This document shows, piece after piece, positions 26,436 through 38,109 of a stretch of 64,000 nucleotides of DNA. The DNA is taken from NCBI GenBank assembly GCA_030324005.1, contig JARDVH010000137.1, positions 13,067,854 to 13,131,853 on the forward strand. The letters are read 5' to 3'. A model generated the notes under the pieces. The model searched no databases. It saw nothing but the letters and a program-made list of their open reading frames with translations, and was not told the DNA's origin. Made by a program: the position numbers and the translations under genes. The stretch is from Negaprion brevirostris (lineage: Eukaryota). The first letter of the stretch is position 1, and every line of letters begins with the position of its first letter.

Positions 26436-26580
26436 GCAGCAGAATTTTCTGGTCCTGCTGCTGTCAATGGAATTTCCAGTGAAGCCATTCCATGCCACCA
26501 GGAAACCCGCAGCAGGGGATACACCACCAACGCAGGACGAGAGGATCCCGCCAGCATGAACAGCAGGGGAATTTCAACAA
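26436..26580. repeat. Short MITE-like element
   Basis: ~140 bp GC-rich island with degenerate inverted ends (gcagaattttc...ggggaatttc). Confidence 0.4.
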
Positions 26581-26709
26581 AATAAGTGTTGACGTGTTCC
26601 AAAATATATTAAGTTGATGTAATACTATGGATGCATTTTATGTCCAAAGGAAATCCAAAGGAATCTAGTTCTATATAATGTCAATCCATCTGGCAACAGA
26701 TGTAATATG

Positions 26710-27055
26710 GGTGGCACGGTAGCACAGTGGTTAGCACTGTTGCTTCACAGCTCCAGTGACCTGGGTTCAATTCCCAGCTCAGGTCACGGTCTGTGTGGAG
26801 TTTGCATGTTCTCCTCGCATCTGCGTGTGTTTCCTCTGGGTGCTCCAGTTGCCTCCCAAAGTCCAAAAGATGTGCGGGTTAGGTTGATTGGCTATGCTAA
26901 AAAATTGCCCCTTAGCGTCCTGAGATGCATAGGTTAGAGGGATTATGGGTAACATGTGTAGGGATGTGGGGGTGGAGCCTGGATGGGATTGTGGTCAGTG
27001 CAGACTCAATGGGCCGAAGGGCCTCTTTCTGCATTGTAGGGTTCTATGATTCTAA
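26710..27055 (+). mobile_element. Full-length HE1-like SINE
   Basis: ggcacggtagcacagtggttagcactg...ggttcaattc head; tail ttctatgattct. Confidence 0.9.
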
Positions 27056-27059
27056 TCGG

Positions 27060-28190
27060 AACACTGAACTAAGGAGGAGTATGCCATTCAACCCTTTGAA
27101 CCTGCTTTGTCATTCAATAAAATCAAAACTTCTCTGATTATGGTCTCCACTCCACTTTCCCATAACCCTTATCTCCCTTGTCCATCAAAAATCTGTCCAA
27201 TCCTGCCTTGAATAAGTTCAATAACTCAGACTCCCCTGCTTTCTGAGGAAGGGAATTCCACATACTAACAACTCCAAGAGGAAAAATATCTCCTAATCTT
27301 TATCTTAAAAGGGAGACCTTCTTATTCTCAAGCTGTGTGTATTAATTCTGGTCTCTCCCACAACTGAAAATATCCTCTCAGTTTCAACCCATCAAGATCC
27401 TTCAGTATCTTGTATATTCCAAAATTATCACCTCTCTTCTAAACTCCAATGGGTACAGGCTCAACTGTTGATAAGATTAGCCCCCTCATGCCAGAAATGA
27501 GTCAGTGAACTCTTCTATGAACTGCTTCTAATGCAATTATATCCTTTTTCAAATAACAAGACCAAATTTGTACACAGCATTCCAGATATGGTCTCACCAA
27601 TGCCCTGTGCAGCTAAAGAAAAACTTGTATACTTTAATATTTCATTCCCCTGCAATAAATGCCAACATTTCACTTGCCTTTCTAATCGTTTGCTACACCT
27701 GCATACTAATATTTTGAGATTCATGGGCCAGGACACCCAGATTTGTCTGTACCATTGATTGCAATCTCAATTTAAATAGTATACTGCTTGTCTATTCCTG
27801 CAAAGTGCATAAGTTTTCCCACTTTTCACTCTCTGCCAAATTTTAGCCTGCTCACTTTTTATATCCTTTTGCAGACTCTTTACCTTTTGACAGATTACTT
27901 TCTTCCCTATCTTGGTGTAATAGACATATTGAGTTCCTTCATTCAAGGTCATTGATATAGATTGTAATTAGTTGAGGCCCCAGCATGGATCTTTGCGGCC
28001 CTCCATTAGTTAGAGGTTGCCCTGAAATAGACCCATTCATCCCTACTATCTGCTTCCTGTTAGCAAACAAATCCTTCATCCATGTGAATATGTTACAACA
28101 TGGAATCTTAGTAACATTGGACATGACATCTTGTTGAATGTCTTTTGAAAATCCAAATACACCAGCATGCCTCAACTTCCTCAAAAAACT
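27060..28190 (-). mobile_element. Decayed CR1 LINE, RT to 3' end
   Basis: ORF 27939..28184 (GGPQRSMLGPQLITIYINDLE) matches the GVPQGSVLGP..IYINDL RT motif. Confidence 0.85.
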
Positions 28191-28344
28191 AGCAAAGGTC
28201 TACATATGTTACATAGATCTGTTCATATCACATTCTCCCTCTTGTGTGTTCTGGAAAGGTAAGTTTTAACATATTATTGTTGGGTGAGGAGAAGGGTAAG
28301 CTTGTATCCATTCCCTTACTCATAAAATTATCAATTATTCTTAC

Positions 28345-28425
28345 CGCAATGCCTGCACCAGATTTAAGTCAGTGAATTCATGAAGCTCCACAAATGCATG
28401 AAGAACTCTGATGTTGAATTCATCC
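28345..28425 (-). CDS. CYTH1: Cytohesin exon (81 nt): [26 protein letters not shown](R)
   Basis: tgcag|G GAT GAA...TTG CG|gtaaga; seen in ORF 28341..28553. Confidence 0.97.
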
Positions 28426-30524
28426 CTGCATGAAGAGAACGCAACATTTTGTGAGCAAAGAATTCTGGTACTTGTTGGTTTCATTTCATAATTCAGTACA
28501 AGAATGCTACATGGCCCATAATGTTGCACTGGCTCATTGGAAGAGTCATCCAATTAGTTTGACCTGCTTTCCTCAAAGTTTGAAAGTTACCAACCTCTCA
28601 GGAAAGAGAGGTCATGGGTCTGTGCTAAGATTTTTTAAAAAATGACTTGGATTATACTATAGCTATGTAAAATCACTCCCAATTATCACATGAAATATGT
28701 ATTGTGGAATATATTACTGACTTATAATGATCTACGCGAGAACATTTGATCACTATTATATTATTACTGTACACTTCACAGATATACTTTAAACAAATGC
28801 AACCCTTTGCCAGTGAAACTAGTACCTCAGTCAAACAAATGTAGCCAATTTAATTCAAATCAAGTTTCAGCTAAATTTGCCAAGCTATTGGAGAAGTTAA
28901 AACCAAGAAACATAATTCCCGATAACTATCTAACTGGGCATTTAATTCCTACCTTTAATTAGGCATCAAGCTCATGCACTCAAGATGAAAATTAGTAGTT
29001 TTGCACATGAAATCACATGTATCTCAAATCTATCACAATGTTCATTGTTAACTAATGGTCAAATCCCCTGAGCCAACAATTTTTTAAAAACTGGTGAAAT
29101 TGCAGAATTGGGTTACAATGTACTGATAAGCCCAACTGTAACAGATGGAATTACATTTTTACTGTTGTGAATCATATTTCTGAAGTACTAATTCTAATGA
29201 AAAGTTTAAGAAGATTACTGGTATGATAGATGAATCCATTTTGGGATAATCCCCAACTACAAACAGGTGTACAAATCAACTGTTTTTGGCATTTTTTCTA
29301 TTGACCTCCAAATTCTGTATTGTAGTGTTTGCTTAGTAGGAAACTCAATCTTGGTTATCTGACATGAAAAAAGAAATAAAACAGCCCTGATCTCAAACAA
29401 ATAAATTTATGCATGCTTCTGTATTGTCAGAAAACAGAGGTAGTTTTAAGTATATTTATATTTGTAGGTATTAGAAAGGTATAGCTTTAAATAAGTTTTG
29501 ATCTTGTGTTTTTGTACAAGAAAGGATAAAAACGTTTGTTAGCTTCATGTTAAACAAAGTGCACTGTAATTAAAGGGTTTATGATGTGAAAGTAAACAGA
29601 GTTAAAGAAAGACTAGGTTTTTGCTTAGCAATCAGGAACCATCTTGCATTAGAAATAACTTTTGAGTTTAGTTTTAAGCCAGCCAGGAGAAGCTGGACAG
29701 AGAAAAGCAAACTTCCCAAATGAAAGTCGAAGAATTAAAGAATACTGAAACAGATGTCTCAGGGAGGCAGTTAAGGAAGAAAGAACGAGAAGTTGAACAA
29801 AGTCTTGTTGGGTGAAGTTGAAGTAAAAAGAGAAAGTGCTTGGAGTTAAACAGACAGCTGCAGTAACCAGATTTGACATGGGAAACCAGATATCAGAGGT
29901 AAATCAGAAGTTTGGTGACATCTTAATACAGCCTGTGAAGTGGAAGTGTTGGCATGGCGGAGTACCTGACAGATTGAATGGAAGCTTGAATACTCAGGGC
30001 TAGCCAAGGCTGATGATTACCGAAAGGCTAGATTGAAATCCCGGGAGTGGTTCCGAGATGAAGGCATCTGATAGAATGCATCATTTGGAAGAAGATACCA
30101 ATACAAGTTTTGCGAGAGTAGAGTTTGGAAACATTTGTGTGGAAGTCAGAGTTCCAGTGAGAGCAGTTGACTCTCAGTATGATAAGCATTTGGGAAGAGA
30201 TTTGATGAGAAATCCACAGGAAGTACATTGGGTGACATCTGCCACTTAGTTTCAGACTGTGGTATGTCTGTTGGTTTACACCAAGAGTGTTCTGACCAAG
30301 AATATTATAGTTCAAGATATTTTGTAATCTGTCTTATCCTCAAAAATCTGTGAAGATATAGGTGGGATGAAGGGGTATTTTATTATAGTCAATCTTTTCA
30401 AGTTGAGTAACTATTCTTTTGTTAAAAGAATTGGCAGTCCTGTAACTCGGTTCACCCATGTCTCTAAACAAACAAAAAGTTAGAGTCTATTGAACCAGGG
30501 TTCCATTCTGGGACCTGACTGTTC

Positions 30525-30905
30525 TTTCATGGTAGGTTGGTACAGAAGATTAAAGCTCATGGGATATCTAGATGGGTAGAGAACTGGCTTGCAAAGAGGA
30601 GAGAGAGTAGTTGTGGAGGGGTCTTTTTCCACCTGGAGGTCTGTCACTAGTGGTGTGTCACTGGGGCTCAGTACTGGGACTTCTTTTTGTAGTGTATATA
30701 AATGATTTGGAAGAGGGAGTAGGTGGTGTGATCAGCAAATTTGCTGATGACACCNNNNNNNNNNNNNNNNNNNNNNNNNNNNNNNNNNNNNNNNNNNNNN
30801 NNNNNNNNNNNNNNNNNNNNNNNNNNNNNNNNNNNNNNNNNNNNNNNNNNNNNNACTGGTGGTGTTGAGATGGCAGCGCGGGCTCATTGGGCCGAAGGGC
30901 CTGTT
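30525..30905 (+). mobile_element. CR1 RT fragment and tail
   Basis: GSVLG.LFVVYINDLEEGVGGVISKFADDT. Confidence 0.85.
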
Positions 30906-32208
30906 TCCCGGGCTGATTTTGTTCTTTGTTCAGCAGTAACATCAGCATTCTGAATGGACACCTTCTAGGTGCAATTTTAACTCAAGGATCACAACCAGGT
31001 GTGGTGGGAGATATGAAAGCAGCCCACTTTCCATCCAATTACGAATTCAAAGCCACAGCTATTTTAACACCTGGATATTATTTGCAAGCAGCTGGTGAGA
31101 TGTGAGCAACTTTTGGAAGAAAAGAATATTAGCCAGTTGCCACAATGAGAATTGGAGCCTAGGATGGAGGACAATAATACCAGGTATAGCCTTCCACAAG
31201 AGTGGAAAGAGTCCAAACATTTTTGTGAGCCCTAAACTCTCAAAAAACATTTCCTAACTTATTTTCTAGGTACCTTCCAGAAGCCTCTTTAATGGGCCAC
31301 TGGTTAAACCACTCAAAGCCTGGTACAAATAGGTGGAATGTGGCCATGTACATTTCATGCACGTGCATTTTAGTTTGATTTAGGGCATTATATACCTCAT
31401 AGCATTCCAACTATGGATGACAAGTGATCAACATTCTGGGCATCCATCACAGGCTCTTAACTAAGGTAACAACAGCTGGTACACCAGCATGAATGGATTT
31501 GTAAGTGTCATGATGCCATTTTCAGGGGTGGAGGCCCTTAAAATTAACCCTTCAGATCTTGTGCAATAAAAGATAGCAATTGTACAACAATAACTCCTAT
31601 GGCATTCCTTGCATAAAGAATAGTCGTGTGCGAAAGAAAGTGAGCAAAGGTGGGCAACAGGAAAAAGAAAACTTAGTGGGAATAAGGGTGAAGAGAAGCC
31701 TTTTACAGACAGTTTTGTAGAAGGTGGCACATTAAGGAGATCTTGGGAGAGAGTTCCAAATAGCTAGATTGAAAAAGCAGTCTCTGATGATAAAGCTGAA
31801 AATGAAAAGTAATCTATGTGCACAAATAGAGAAGTGGACTAGCCAATAATTGAGCTGATGGTGCCAGGACTTTGTACATGAAAAGATGTGGGCCAATGTT
31901 CCAAGTAAGTTGAAGTTTGTGAAGACATGCAGATAGACGAGAAGAACAGTAGAGAAATTAGCTTTCAAGTTGAGAGAATAGTAAGACTTGGAGTTAGCAC
32001 TCAATTGGAGAATTTTTCAGAAGGGAAAAACAGTCACATCAATAAATTGAAAGTGGAATAGAAACTCATCCAAGGGTTGAGCAGGATGCTTAGATCAAAA
32101 CCTTTAGATTTAGTTTCAAGGGGAGATTTGAAAAAAATGAATGGATTGTTCCTATCAATTAAGCTTTATCAAAAGGTTAAAGCAAAAAAGAAATAGAAAT
32201 AATATTAC

Positions 32209-32327
32209 CTCTCTCCTAAGTAGTCCCCAATTGCAGTCTTGTTTAGTCCCTCTCCTTTGTACAGAAACTGTGCAATATCTTCTCTTGTGTTCTTTAAAAG
32301 TTCATTCTCAATTAGGAACTGAAACCC
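32209..32327 (-). CDS. CYTH1: Cytohesin exon (119 nt): [39 protein letters not shown](R)
   Basis: ctttgttacag|GGG TTT CAG...GGA GAG AG|gtaata; phase 0 to 2; missed by the ORF track. Confidence 0.96.
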
Positions 32328-32859
32328 CTGTAACAAAGAAAGTATTTGAAATTCAGATGATTAAGATTATAACAATTAGAGCCTTACTTTTAAGCAATTT
32401 GGCTCTCACCTGTATAACAGNNNNNNNNNNNNNNNNNNNNNNNNNNNNNNNNNNNNNNNNNNNNNNNNNNNNNNNNNNNNNNNNNNNNNNNNNNNNNNNN
32501 NNNNNNNNNNNNGGAAGCTTAACAGGCTCAAAGATTTCAAGCTCAAATTGAGAACCTTTTGCACAATCCAATTGCTTCAGGCATTGTGACATTAAACTCA
32601 CTTTTAGTCCCACAGGCCTTCTTGCCACAGACATGTACTTAAGTGGAGCAGAGACAGAAAGGCAGCAGGGTGCCCAGTCATTAACCTGCCTGATGAAATG
32701 TCCCCCACCACCATACTTGTCATGGGGGATGAACACAGAGCCGGTGCAGACACAATGGGCTGAATGGCCTCCTTCTGCACCATAACAATTCTGTGATTAA
32801 TTTCTACTCAAAGCCTACTTGTGACACTAATAAGTAAAAATAAAGAAAGCAGGAAACTA

Positions 32860-33495
32860 TAGACCAAATAGCCTAACGTGTCAGTGGGGAAATGCTGGAT
32901 TCCAGAATTAAGTAGTAGCAGTACATTTAGAAAAATGATAATAAAACCACTCTGGTTGGTTGTATGGAAGAGAAATCATGTCTAACAAATTTATTGAGTT
33001 ATTTGAGGGTGTTATAAACAGAGTACATAGAGTGGAATAGTAGATGTCTTGCACCTAGATTTCCAAAATACATGTGACAAGGTGCCACATCAAAGGTTAA
33101 TAGACAAGATAACAGCTCGTGGTGTTGGGGTACTACATAACCATCACTAACAGGAAACAAGAGTTGTGATGTTTCCCTTGGGAGAGAATCATGAACAGGG
33201 AAGCAAAGTTTCAGAATAAGGAGACTTCCATTTAAGACAGGTGAGGAATTTTTTCTCGTAGACAATGGTTAACTTTTGGAATTCTCTTCTCTAGAGCAGA
33301 GTGGTGTCTTAGGTCATTCAGTATATTCCAGGTTGAGGTAAACAGAACTTTGATCCACAAAAGGATTCAAGGGTTATAAGGTCAGGTAGGCAAATGGAGT
33401 GAGGCCACGAACAGATCAGCCATGATTTTACTGAATGATCGAGCAGGCTCCAGGGGTAGTCTATCCCTGCTCATAGTTCTTGAGTTGTGTTCTTA
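32860..33495 (+). mobile_element. Internally deleted CR1 fragments
   Basis: KSCLTNLLSY, LDF..DKVPHQRL, then 3' end and tail. Confidence 0.75.
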
Positions 33496-34609
33496 GATAT
33501 TAAAGGGAATTTTGAACTTCTGTTTTTCTCGCAATACCTAAGAATGTTCAGTTTTTCTTGGATAATATTTGAAGCATATTAATAAGAAATACAACAATTT
33601 TGCTCAAGAACAATTTAATGATCAACTGATAGCTGTCAATTATTTGGATACATCTGAACTCAAGGCAATCACTGCAATTAAACTTTTTTTCCAATTTTGA
33701 ACAGTTTTGTCTTAACTCCAATAAATCCCAAACCATGCTTTAATAATGATATTCTCATGAAAAAGGAAATACGCTTTGCTGAATTCTGAATTTTGAATAA
33801 GTTAATGCAGCTGAGCAAATGCGTGATTTTAATGAAATGTTGTGCTTTCCTTTTCTCCCCACTTCTAGAAGTCATTTCCTGACCAGAAAGATACACAACA
33901 AGTCTGATCCTATTCCAACTATTTCTGTTCTGCATATGTTCTATATTCCAGATTATTTTTAAATTTGAAGTTGCAAACAAAACAACACTACTGAAATTGT
34001 GAAATGGATAAAAATAAAACCTCTTGACAACTTCCCTTCAAAGATAAACAAAATTTATTTTCTCCTTTAACCCTTCCAGGATCAATAACTTATTCCCCCA
34101 TGTTTAGCCATGTAAAATCTGAAGTCTAATAAGAAAATATGTAAGGATGACAACAATACAATTATTTTGAAGTACCACATAATTCACAGCAACACTGCAC
34201 CAGCAAATAGCTTAATCCAGTGGCTGTAACTTTATGATGAACTATAAATTACAGTAAAAGGATTAGCTTTTATCAACATTTCTCTTTAATGAGATATTAC
34301 GGTCACAGTATTATTTTTCTAGGAGGTAGTCACAAATTTGGAGAACCACAGATATCAAAATCTTAAGCAATCGTGACTTTTAAATTAATGTTTGATAGAT
34401 GTCAGAGTGAGATTATATTACATATTCTCTATTGATTCATGCAGCTTTTACAAGATACATGCTTTGTAACAGATACAAATCTCTCATTTTTCAAAGTATG
34501 ATGATGCCTCTCAGCATATTAAGATAGTATAGCATTGCAGAGATAGTGTACCTTCCACAGCCTGAAACTTTGTGATAAATTCAAGTCAAGAATGGAAGTG
34601 TGTCAGGGG

Positions 34610-36595
34610 GTGGAGGGGTCACATGATGTAAGCATGAGAGCAGCTACATTTTTGCAAGCTCTGGCGCTATTCATATTTAATCTGTTTTTTCATTCTGATG
34701 CACAATCCATAATTATCCAATCCTGATGTATATAATCTATGTTCCTGGAAGATCCTGGTTTAATTTCGGAGGAGGGAAGCTGAATGAAGTCAAAAAAAGT
34801 CTTTGTTTGATCACGGCAGTTGGAGAAGGCCATGGTGGAGCCCAGTTCCCAGTGGCAGTTCCCGCTGGTGAGCAAGCCTGCACTTCGATTATGCTGTTGG
34901 CATCAAGATGATGACCGCCATTATGACTGGAATTATGGATGACAGTCTCATCTCCACAGCACAGATTTTTTGGTGCTCGCATTGATGAACTGCAAGATAT
35001 CTTAAAGAAAATAGATGAAGCAAAGAATAGAATCCTGTCAATTGAGGGAGCAGTTTCCTTGTTGGGGCTCACTTTCTGTCCTTGGAAATGCTGCTGCATG
35101 CTGTGTGATACATCATGTCTGACTCAGGGAGCTGGGACCAAAGAAGGAATATCCGTGTGCCCTGTCTCCCGAGGAGTACTGGTAACGAATTCCCAGCTGA
35201 ATTTGAGAATTTGCTGCATGCTTTCACAATCTCAATTTGAGGGCTGGGTGCCTCGAATTTGATGAAGCAAATTGTATCTGGTCTTTGAGGCTCGGGATCG
35301 GGTGAAGACTCCAACCGCTGGTCTTGCGTTGTCTTGTCCTTGGTGTTTGCCAAGAAGGGTTGAAAGGGGCCAGATGTGTCGGACCCTCACCAACCATTAA
35401 GTCCTAGGTTTGTCTTTGCCAGGGCTTCAGGACGATGACATGACAGAGGTGCAGAGGCTTACATGAAAGTTTGGATGGATCCTGGATGTTGCTTGACAAT
35501 CCTGTCATGGCTTTGACTGTTTCAAGCCACATTGTCTTATTTTGCAGTTCATAGTTAATCCTGAACTTTGTCCCTTGAGATTGTAATCCTGATTTTGTGA
35601 TATTGTCTTTTATCCTGACAAGGGTGTATGATATATGAGCTTAGAGACATCGGCCGCCTATTATACATCAGGATTGTCTTTTTTCACTTTTCATTGGCAT
35701 TTCTCCACCAGCATGCTCCAGCAATATAACAAAGGAGGCCATAGCCTAATTGCTTATGGTCTCCTTTTTTCCATTGAGGAACATATTGAGTTGAGTGTAT
35801 GACATGAAGGTTGTGCAATATTTACTTGATTTGTTTTTATGTGCTGTAATCCATATATTTACACTGAAGGAGTACAATCTTTAATACCCTTCACTTTTTA
35901 ATTAAGATGAGTAGCGCCATAACAGGGCAGTAGGTAGGTGGTTTAGTACAGTGGTGGTTGGTATGGCCTTTTAAGTCCTCATTGTGGACAAGGAGAATCC
36001 CCATTAAAGTTTATTTATTAGTGTCACAAGTAAGTTTACATTAAAACTGCAATAAGTTACTGTAAATCTCCTTGAGAACTATTAGGTCATGTTTTTCTTT
36101 TGTAATTTTGTTGTTCTGGGATTTAGGAATCCTTGCTTGTTTAGCACGTACACTGCCATGTCACATCTTGTACCAATGATGGTATCCTGATGTTGCCTTT
36201 TTTCTGGGTTATCCTGTTATTGTTTGGAGGTTCTGGGATGTTGAATTATGTCCCTGTTGATTGCATATTACCACATAAGTGATCCCTATATTATGTAGCT
36301 CTATCTCTGTCACCTGCTGGAAGGAGATGTGTATTATGGGGCCATCTGGCCATAGTTTTACACTGTTATCCTGAGATTCCCCACCCTTTCTGGTATCCCT
36401 ATTTATCCATATGAGAGGAGACACTGATTGCAATAACTGATAATTTGAATACTTGTATGAATATTCACTGGTGGCTTCTGTATGATTATGGGGAATAATG
36501 ATTACTCTGTACTGTACTAGATTTTGGGAATTTGTTGCATCTTGTCATAGATGTAAAATGGAAAACTTTCAATAAAAACATCTTGAAAAAAAATT
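34610..36595 (+). mobile_element. Decayed L1-clade LINE (ORF1 remnant plus 3' end, ORF2 largely deleted)
   Basis: RIDELQDILKKIDEAKNRILSIE coiled coil and RRNIRV..LP motif of L1 ORF1p; ends aataaaaacatcttgaaaaaaaa. Confidence 0.6.
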
Positions 36596-37403
36596 ATTCA
36601 AGTTGATGGAAAGGCCTAGCTGTCCCTTGAAGATCATTAAATGTGCATTTGTGTACATACTAATTATGATAGCTCCTTATTTTTAATACCAACATTTTCA
36701 CCAAAGCCTCTTGGCTGTATGTACTGCATGGAGAAATAAAAGTTATTTTAGTTATTGATCTTGCTGTCATTTCTGTGCTTGCTGGACTGGTGAAAATTTG
36801 GTGAATTTATATGCGAAGGAGATCCACAAAGAGCATTTTTTATTAATGTAAACCTATCCTGCAGGGTAGCTAATAAATTTCATCAGAACAATAAACAGAG
36901 TATCATTATTATATTCCCAATTTAGAAAAAATACATAAATCATTTCCCTTAAGCTTATTCTGTTGGCAGCAGTCAAGCATTAGTTTAAAAATGCTAAGCA
37001 TTTGGTTTGTGCTATTAGTTAACTAAAGCTTTCATGAAATGCTGGAGAAATTGTGACTTTCAAGTTTTGTGCTAAAAAAACTTCTATGTTCAACCTGTAT
37101 TATTCATCTTCAAGATATTAAAGAATGCCATAGCAGGGCACATCATGCATTGGCTGTTGAAAGAAGGAGCACTGATAGACTAACTGGCATTGTCTCACTT
37201 AGTACTTTCTTATTTTCATGCTTGAATGGAAGCCAAGTGATGTCCCATAGAAGACAGCAAGGTCAAAAAGCAAGCGGTCACTGGACCGCTGCCCATTTTA
37301 GTTGTTAATGGTACTGGAACTCTAAAATATTACAAAACTTTGGTAAAACAATATCTTATAGCTCGACTCAAAAACCTGAAAAAATAGAAATACAATTCCA
37401 CAC

Positions 37404-37470
37404 CTTCTTAGGGTCCATATTGAATTTTTTTCGGCCCATTGCCACTTGTTTATTCCGTTGCATACTTTTT
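37404..37470 (-). CDS. CYTH1: Cytohesin exon (67 nt), Sec7 start: KSMQRNKQVAMGRKKFNMDPKK
   Basis: ttttctag|A AAA AGT ATG...AAG AAG|gtgtgg; phase 2 to 0. Confidence 0.96.
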
Positions 37471-37669
37471 CTAGAAAATAAAATAAATTATATGGTAATT
37501 GAAAAGGGCAGTTTCAAAAAGCATATGGTTCATATGAACATTAGTCAAGACATAATTAACAAGTCAAATGAATGGATATAAGGAATTACAATACACAATA
37601 AACTTTACTGACTTGAATCATCACTTTGTGCAGCACTAAAATATATTGCACTTCCAGTTAAGAATTGCA

Positions 37670-38109
37670 GGGCATGCCCCTGTCTACATCAATGGGGACG
37701 CAGTAGAAATGGTTGACAGCTTCAGGTTTCTAGGCGTCCAAATCACCAACAACCTGAACTGATCCCTCCACGTGGATGCTATAGTTAAGAAAGCCTGTAC
37801 TTTCTCAGTAGACTAAGGAATTTTGGCATGTCCACTGCATCTCTCACCAACTTCTACAGATGCACCATAAAAAGCATTCTTTCCAGTTGTATCACAGCTT
37901 GGTATGGCGCCTGCTTTGTCCAAGACCATAAGAAACTAGAAAGGGTCATGAATAAAGCCCTGTCCATCTCACAAACCAGCCTTCCATCCATTGACCCTGT
38001 CTACACTTCCCGCTGCCTTGGAAAAGCAGCCAGCATAATCAAGAACCTCATCCACCCCAGACATACTTTTTTCCACCGTCTTCAATCAGGAAAAAGATAC
38101 AAAAGTCTG
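37670..38109 (+). mobile_element. Rex1/Babar-like LINE C-terminal fragment
   Basis: SFRFLGV.ITNNL; LTNFYRCTIKSILSSCITAWYG...LPSIDPVY..RCLGKA..II..HP. Confidence 0.8.

Noticed and set aside
29640-32110. Purine-rich segments possibly from an old L2-like LINE on the minus strand
   Set aside because: No diagnostic protein motif could be read, so a call is not supportable.
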